Made by a program: the position numbers and the translations under genes | Notes under the pieces: model-generated | Told to the model about the DNA's origin: nothing | Databases searched by the model: none | What the model saw: only the letters and a program-made list of their open reading frames with translations | Shown here: in pieces, positions 50,440 through 53,205 of the stretch | How positions within the stretch are numbered: position 1 is the stretch's first letter | Layout: every line of letters begins with the position of its first letter | Source: Longimicrobiales bacterium | GTDB lineage: Bacteria > Gemmatimonadota > Gemmatimonadetes > Longimicrobiales > RSA9 | Direction: 5' to 3' | Assembly (NCBI GenBank): GCA_038257485.1 | Contig: JBBSJG010000002.1 | Coordinates: 1-53,205 of the forward strand | DNA length: 53,205 nucleotides

Positions 50440-53205
50440 ATGGGTGCGCCGCGTCGTTACGCCGGCCAGCGCCGTTCCGCTCGTATTCTGGCACTGGCTC
50501 TGCTGTGCCTCGCCGCGCTCTTTGCATGCACGGACGCGTCACTCACGGATCCTCGCACTGAAGGCGGACCTGCCTCGCTGGCGCTGCAGCCACGATTCCA
50601 TCTGCTCAGTGCTGCGACCCGCCTGGCACCGATCAATGTCGCGCGCCTGACAGTGTTGAACGCGGCGACGAACGAGCGTATCGCCGGCCCGTTCAACGTC
50701 CCGGTCGACCCGAATGCCTCCCAGTTCACGCTCCCGCTGTCATTCGAGCTGCCGGAAGGCGCGTCGAATCTGCAAATCGTCGTTTCCGTGGAGCTCCTGA
50801 ATGTCACGGCGGGTGTGGAGTCGATCGAGTGGAGCGGTGTGACGTCACCGATCGCAGTGCAGCCCGGCGTAACGACGCCGACGCCCGCGCCCATCGATCT
50901 TTATCAGGGCCCCCTCGGGAATCTCGCTGTCACATCGGTGACCATTGTGAACGCACCGCCCGCTGCACTCGAGGGCGACGTCATTGGACTGATTGCAGTC
51001 ACGCAGGGCAGTACCAACGTGCGGATCTTCTGGGAGAGCACGAACGCCGCGGTTGCGACGGTGGACGCCAATGGTGTTGTGCGAACGTTGCGGGACGGCC
51101 AGGCGTCGATCATCGCCGCGGCGGGTGCGCAGCGTGATACAGCGAACATCGCGGTCGGCGCGCGTGTCGTTTCGATCCGCATCTCGCCGGACACGGTGCG
51201 CGCGCAGAGTCTTGGTGATGCAATGAGCTTTACCGCGGTCGCATTGGACGCACGCGGCGCAGTGGTAACGGGCCATGCGTTCGGCTGGTCATCCGGCAAC
51301 GACGCCATTGCATCCAATGCAGGCAACGGCGCATTCACGGCCGCCTCGAACGGCACGGCAGTCGTTCGCGCAGTGAGTCTTGCCAACTCCGCAGTGTTCG
51401 ATGTTGCGACGGCGGTAGTGCGCCAGCGGGTCACTGCGATCTCGCTCGATCTTGGATCCCTCGATTTCACCGCCATCGGTGACATGCATCAGTTCGTAGC
51501 ATCCGCGATTGATGCGCGCACGAATATGGTGACCGACGCTGCAGTCGTGTGGACCACGAGCAACGCATCCGTCGCAACCGTCAATGCAAGCGGCATGGTC
51601 ACCGCCATCGCGGCCGGCGCGGCAACGATTACTGCGACCTCAGTTGACGGCCCGGCGGCAACTGCGACCGTGAATGTTCTGCCGGTCGTGACCGGCCTCG
51701 CCCTCGCACCGTCCCTGCTCCGGTTCGACGCGACGGGGGACACAATCCGAATCTTCGCATCGGCCACGGACCGCCATGGCAACCGAGTCGCCGCACCGTC
51801 CGTGACATGGGTGAGTTCCAACAGCGCGGTGGCGACCGTGGACGCGACCGGACTCGTGCGCTCCGTTGCGCGCGGCAGTGCCACCATTGTTGCAACCTCG
51901 GCGGGCGCGTTTGCCCAGGCACAGGTCGCGGTGGATCCGACGATCGCGCGCATCACGGTGACGCCGGCAACGGTCGCAGTGCAGACGATCGGTGCAACCG
52001 CGTCGTTCTCCGCGCAGGCCTTCGATCGCAATGGCAACCTGCTTCCGCTGACACCCGTCTGGACATCCAGCACACCGGCCGTCGCAACGGTCAACAGCGC
52101 CGGTGTGGCAAAGGCGACCGGCAACGGCACGACGAACATCACTGCATCCGCGGGCGCGATCAGCGGTGCGGGTGTCATGACGGTACAGCAGGTCGTGACT
52201 CGCCTCGTGCCATCCGAACGTGCGGCGGTGCTCAGTGGCATCGGTTACACCTACACATTCCGCGTCACCGCAGTTGACGCCGCCGGCAATTCGATGCCGG
52301 TGCCGCCCGTCACATGGACATCCGCGGATCCGGGCATCGCCACAGTCGATGCCAACGGAACCGTGACCGCCGTCGCATTCGGCAGCACGCAGATCACTGC
52401 GACGGCCGGTACCGTATCGGAGTCGATGACTGTGCAGGTCCTCGAACCAACACTTGTCATCGCACCGGACTCGCTTTCGTTCACCGCCGTCGGTCAGACA
52501 GCCATCGTGACGGCGCGGTTGCGTGAAGCGGGCGGCGGGATGGAACCCGTGACGGCCACGTGGTCGAGCGCTAACACCGCTGTCGCCACCGTGAATTCCG
52601 CTGGCCTGGTTACCGCAACCGGCGTGGGTGTCACCGGGATTTCAGGTACGTTCGGCACCATCACCACCAGTATCCCGGTTCGCGTTACGCAGGCCGTGAA
52701 TCCCGGTTATCTGACGGGGCGCGTCGTCCATGCAGCAACGAACGTTGGCATTGCGGGCGCGACCGTCACGTTCACGGGGCCGTCCGCGTCTGTTACCGTC
52801 GTCACCACCGGCGACGGGTTGTTCACGTCGCCGGCCCTCTCCGCCACGGCTGTGGACATCGCCGTGAGCTTTGACGGCTACAACACCACGCAGGTCAACG
52901 ATGCACCGGTGGCGGGCGGTATCACGACACCCGTCGGCAATATTCCGCTGGTACCGGTGAGCACCCAGACTGGCTCCATTTCCGGTGTCGTGCAGGATGC
53001 CCGGAACGCCGGGTCCATTTCAGGTGCGACTGTTACGTTGCGGGCCGGACTGAATGCCACCAGCGGGCCCGTCGTCGCCACGACCACGACCGCCGGTAAC
53101 GGCGTGTATTCATTTACCGGTCTCGCGGCCGGCGTCTACTCGCTGGCGGCCGCTGCAACCGGATACGCGGGCGGCATCCGCCCCGGCATCGTTCTGGGTG
53201 GCAAC
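50440..53205 (+). CDS. large surface lipoprotein: paralogous N-domain, seven Big_2 repeats, CarboxypepD_reg-like domains (3' end outside the window)
   Basis: Not in the ORF track. My own translation from ATG 50440 runs 922 codons to the window edge without a stop; alternative in-frame ATGs lie at 50425 and 50389. Lipobox AALFAC. The Big_2 signature recurs seven times (e.g. WESTNAAVATVDANGVV, WTTSNASVATVNASGMV, WVSSNSAVATVDATGLV). The tail is GYLTGRVVHAATNVGIAGATVTF and GSISGVVQDARNAGSISGATVTL. Confidence 0.87.
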   Translation, partial: MGAPRRYAGQRRSARILALALLCLAALFACTDASLTDPRTEGGPASLALQPRFHLLSAATRLAPINVARLTVLNAATNERIAGPFNVPVDPNASQFTLPLSFELPEGASNLQIVVSVELLNVTAGVESIEWSGVTSPIAVQPGVTTPTPAPIDLYQGPLGNLAVTSVTIVNAPPAALEGDVIGLIAVTQGSTNVRIFWESTNAAVATVDANGVVRTLRDGQASIIAAAGAQRDTANIAVGARVVSIRISPDTVRAQSLGDAMSFTAVALDARGAVVTGHAFGWSSGNDAIASNAGNGAFTAASNGTAVVRAVSLANSAVFDVATAVVRQRVTAISLDLGSLDFTAIGDMHQFVASAIDARTNMVTDAAVVWTTSNASVATVNASGMVTAIAAGAATITATSVDGPAATATVNVLPVVTGLALAPSLLRFDATGDTIRIFASATDRHGNRVAAPSVTWVSSNSAVATVDATGLVRSVARGSATIVATSAGAFAQAQVAVDPTIARITVTPATVAVQTIGATASFSAQAFDRNGNLLPLTPVWTSSTPAVATVNSAGVAKATGNGTTNITASAGAISGAGVMTVQQVVTRLVPSERAAVLSGIGYTYTFRVTAVDAAGNSMPVPPVTWTSADPGIATVDANGTVTAVAFGSTQITATAGTVSESMTVQVLEPTLVIAPDSLSFTAVGQTAIVTARLREAGGGMEPVTATWSSANTAVATVNSAGLVTATGVGVTGISGTFGTITTSIPVRVTQAVNPGYLTGRVVHAATNVGIAGATVTFTGPSASVTVVTTGDGLFTSPALSATAVDIAVSFDGYNTTQVNDAPVAGGITTPVGNIPLVPVSTQTGSISGVVQDARNAGSISGATVTLRAGLNATSGPVVATTTTAGNGVYSFTGLAAGVYSLAAAATGYAGGIRPGIVLGGN

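Noticed and set aside
50457-52484. Minus-strand ORFs (145, 193, 250, 77 aa and others) listed where the track shows no long + ORF
   Set aside because: They are shadows of the unlisted open-ended Big_2 gene. Their translations are Ala/Thr/Val-rich mirror images of the Big_2 repeats and lack starts in sensible contexts.
1-53205. Looked for CRISPR arrays, transposases, integrases, phage genes, rRNA/tRNA and reverse transcriptase/DGR signatures near the Big_2 genes
   Set aside because: None seen. There are no regularly spaced direct repeats, no DDE/tyrosine-recombinase-like ORFs, and no template/variable repeat pair. The window looks like core chromosome rather than a mobile island.

Overview
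GC-rich chromosomal segment (about two-thirds G+C by eye, not computed). It carries about 50 protein-coding genes, two decayed gene remnants, several hairpin terminators and two conspicuous non-coding repeats. I recognised no rRNA, tRNA, CRISPR array, transposase or integrase. The gene content (GWxTD-like secreted proteins, caa3 oxidase cluster, Big_2/CARDB/PEGA lipoproteins, weak Shine-Dalgarno use) suggests a Gemmatimonadota-like organism; this is inference only.

Gene order, left to right:
- Minus-strand operon: can, dinB-like, lipoprotein, Zn-ribbon/PH protein, GNAT.
- A dihydrofolate-reductase-family remnant and a hemolysin-III gene.
- caa3 cytochrome oxidase cluster ctaA-ctaC-ctaD-ctaE-ctaF-ctaG (minus strand).
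- Divergent GlpB-like flavoprotein, 2[4Fe-4S] ferredoxin and S58 peptidase.
- A roughly 160-bp palindromic element, then a patatin gene.
- A serB-like/class-V aminotransferase/serA operon, flanked by two divergent GWxTD-like paralogs.
- DUF1207-like outer-membrane protein, a degenerate glycosidase-like protein and a ChaN-like protein.
- copZ-like pair, topoisomerase IB, and a nucleotidyltransferase-metallophosphoesterase pair.
- PEGA lipoprotein plus a glycine-zipper membrane protein, then a POT peptide transporter.
- A cNMP-binding::aspartase fusion, a glycosyltransferase pseudogene, a GAF histidine kinase and HU.
- A dsbA-like/unknown/degenerate DEAD-box operon.
- aspC-like, Yip1, yfiT-like, LMW-PTP, lipoprotein, SLT, M28 peptidase and two tandem Big_2 surface lipoproteins.

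The ORF track omits two edge-truncated genes: 1..141 (-) and the >920-codon ORF 50440..53205 (+). It lists many long antisense shadow ORFs, which I rejected.

Best candidates for something undescribed:
1. The zero-spacer operon ending in a DEAD-box/DbpA protein whose ATPase motifs are all eroded.
2. The cNMP-binding::aspartase fusion.
3. The translationally coupled nucleotidyltransferase-metallophosphoesterase module.
4. The GlpA-less GlpB/ferredoxin pair divergent from heme A synthase.
5. The Chi-like palindromic element at 12772-12932.

All family calls rest on motif recognition from memory. No searches were run.
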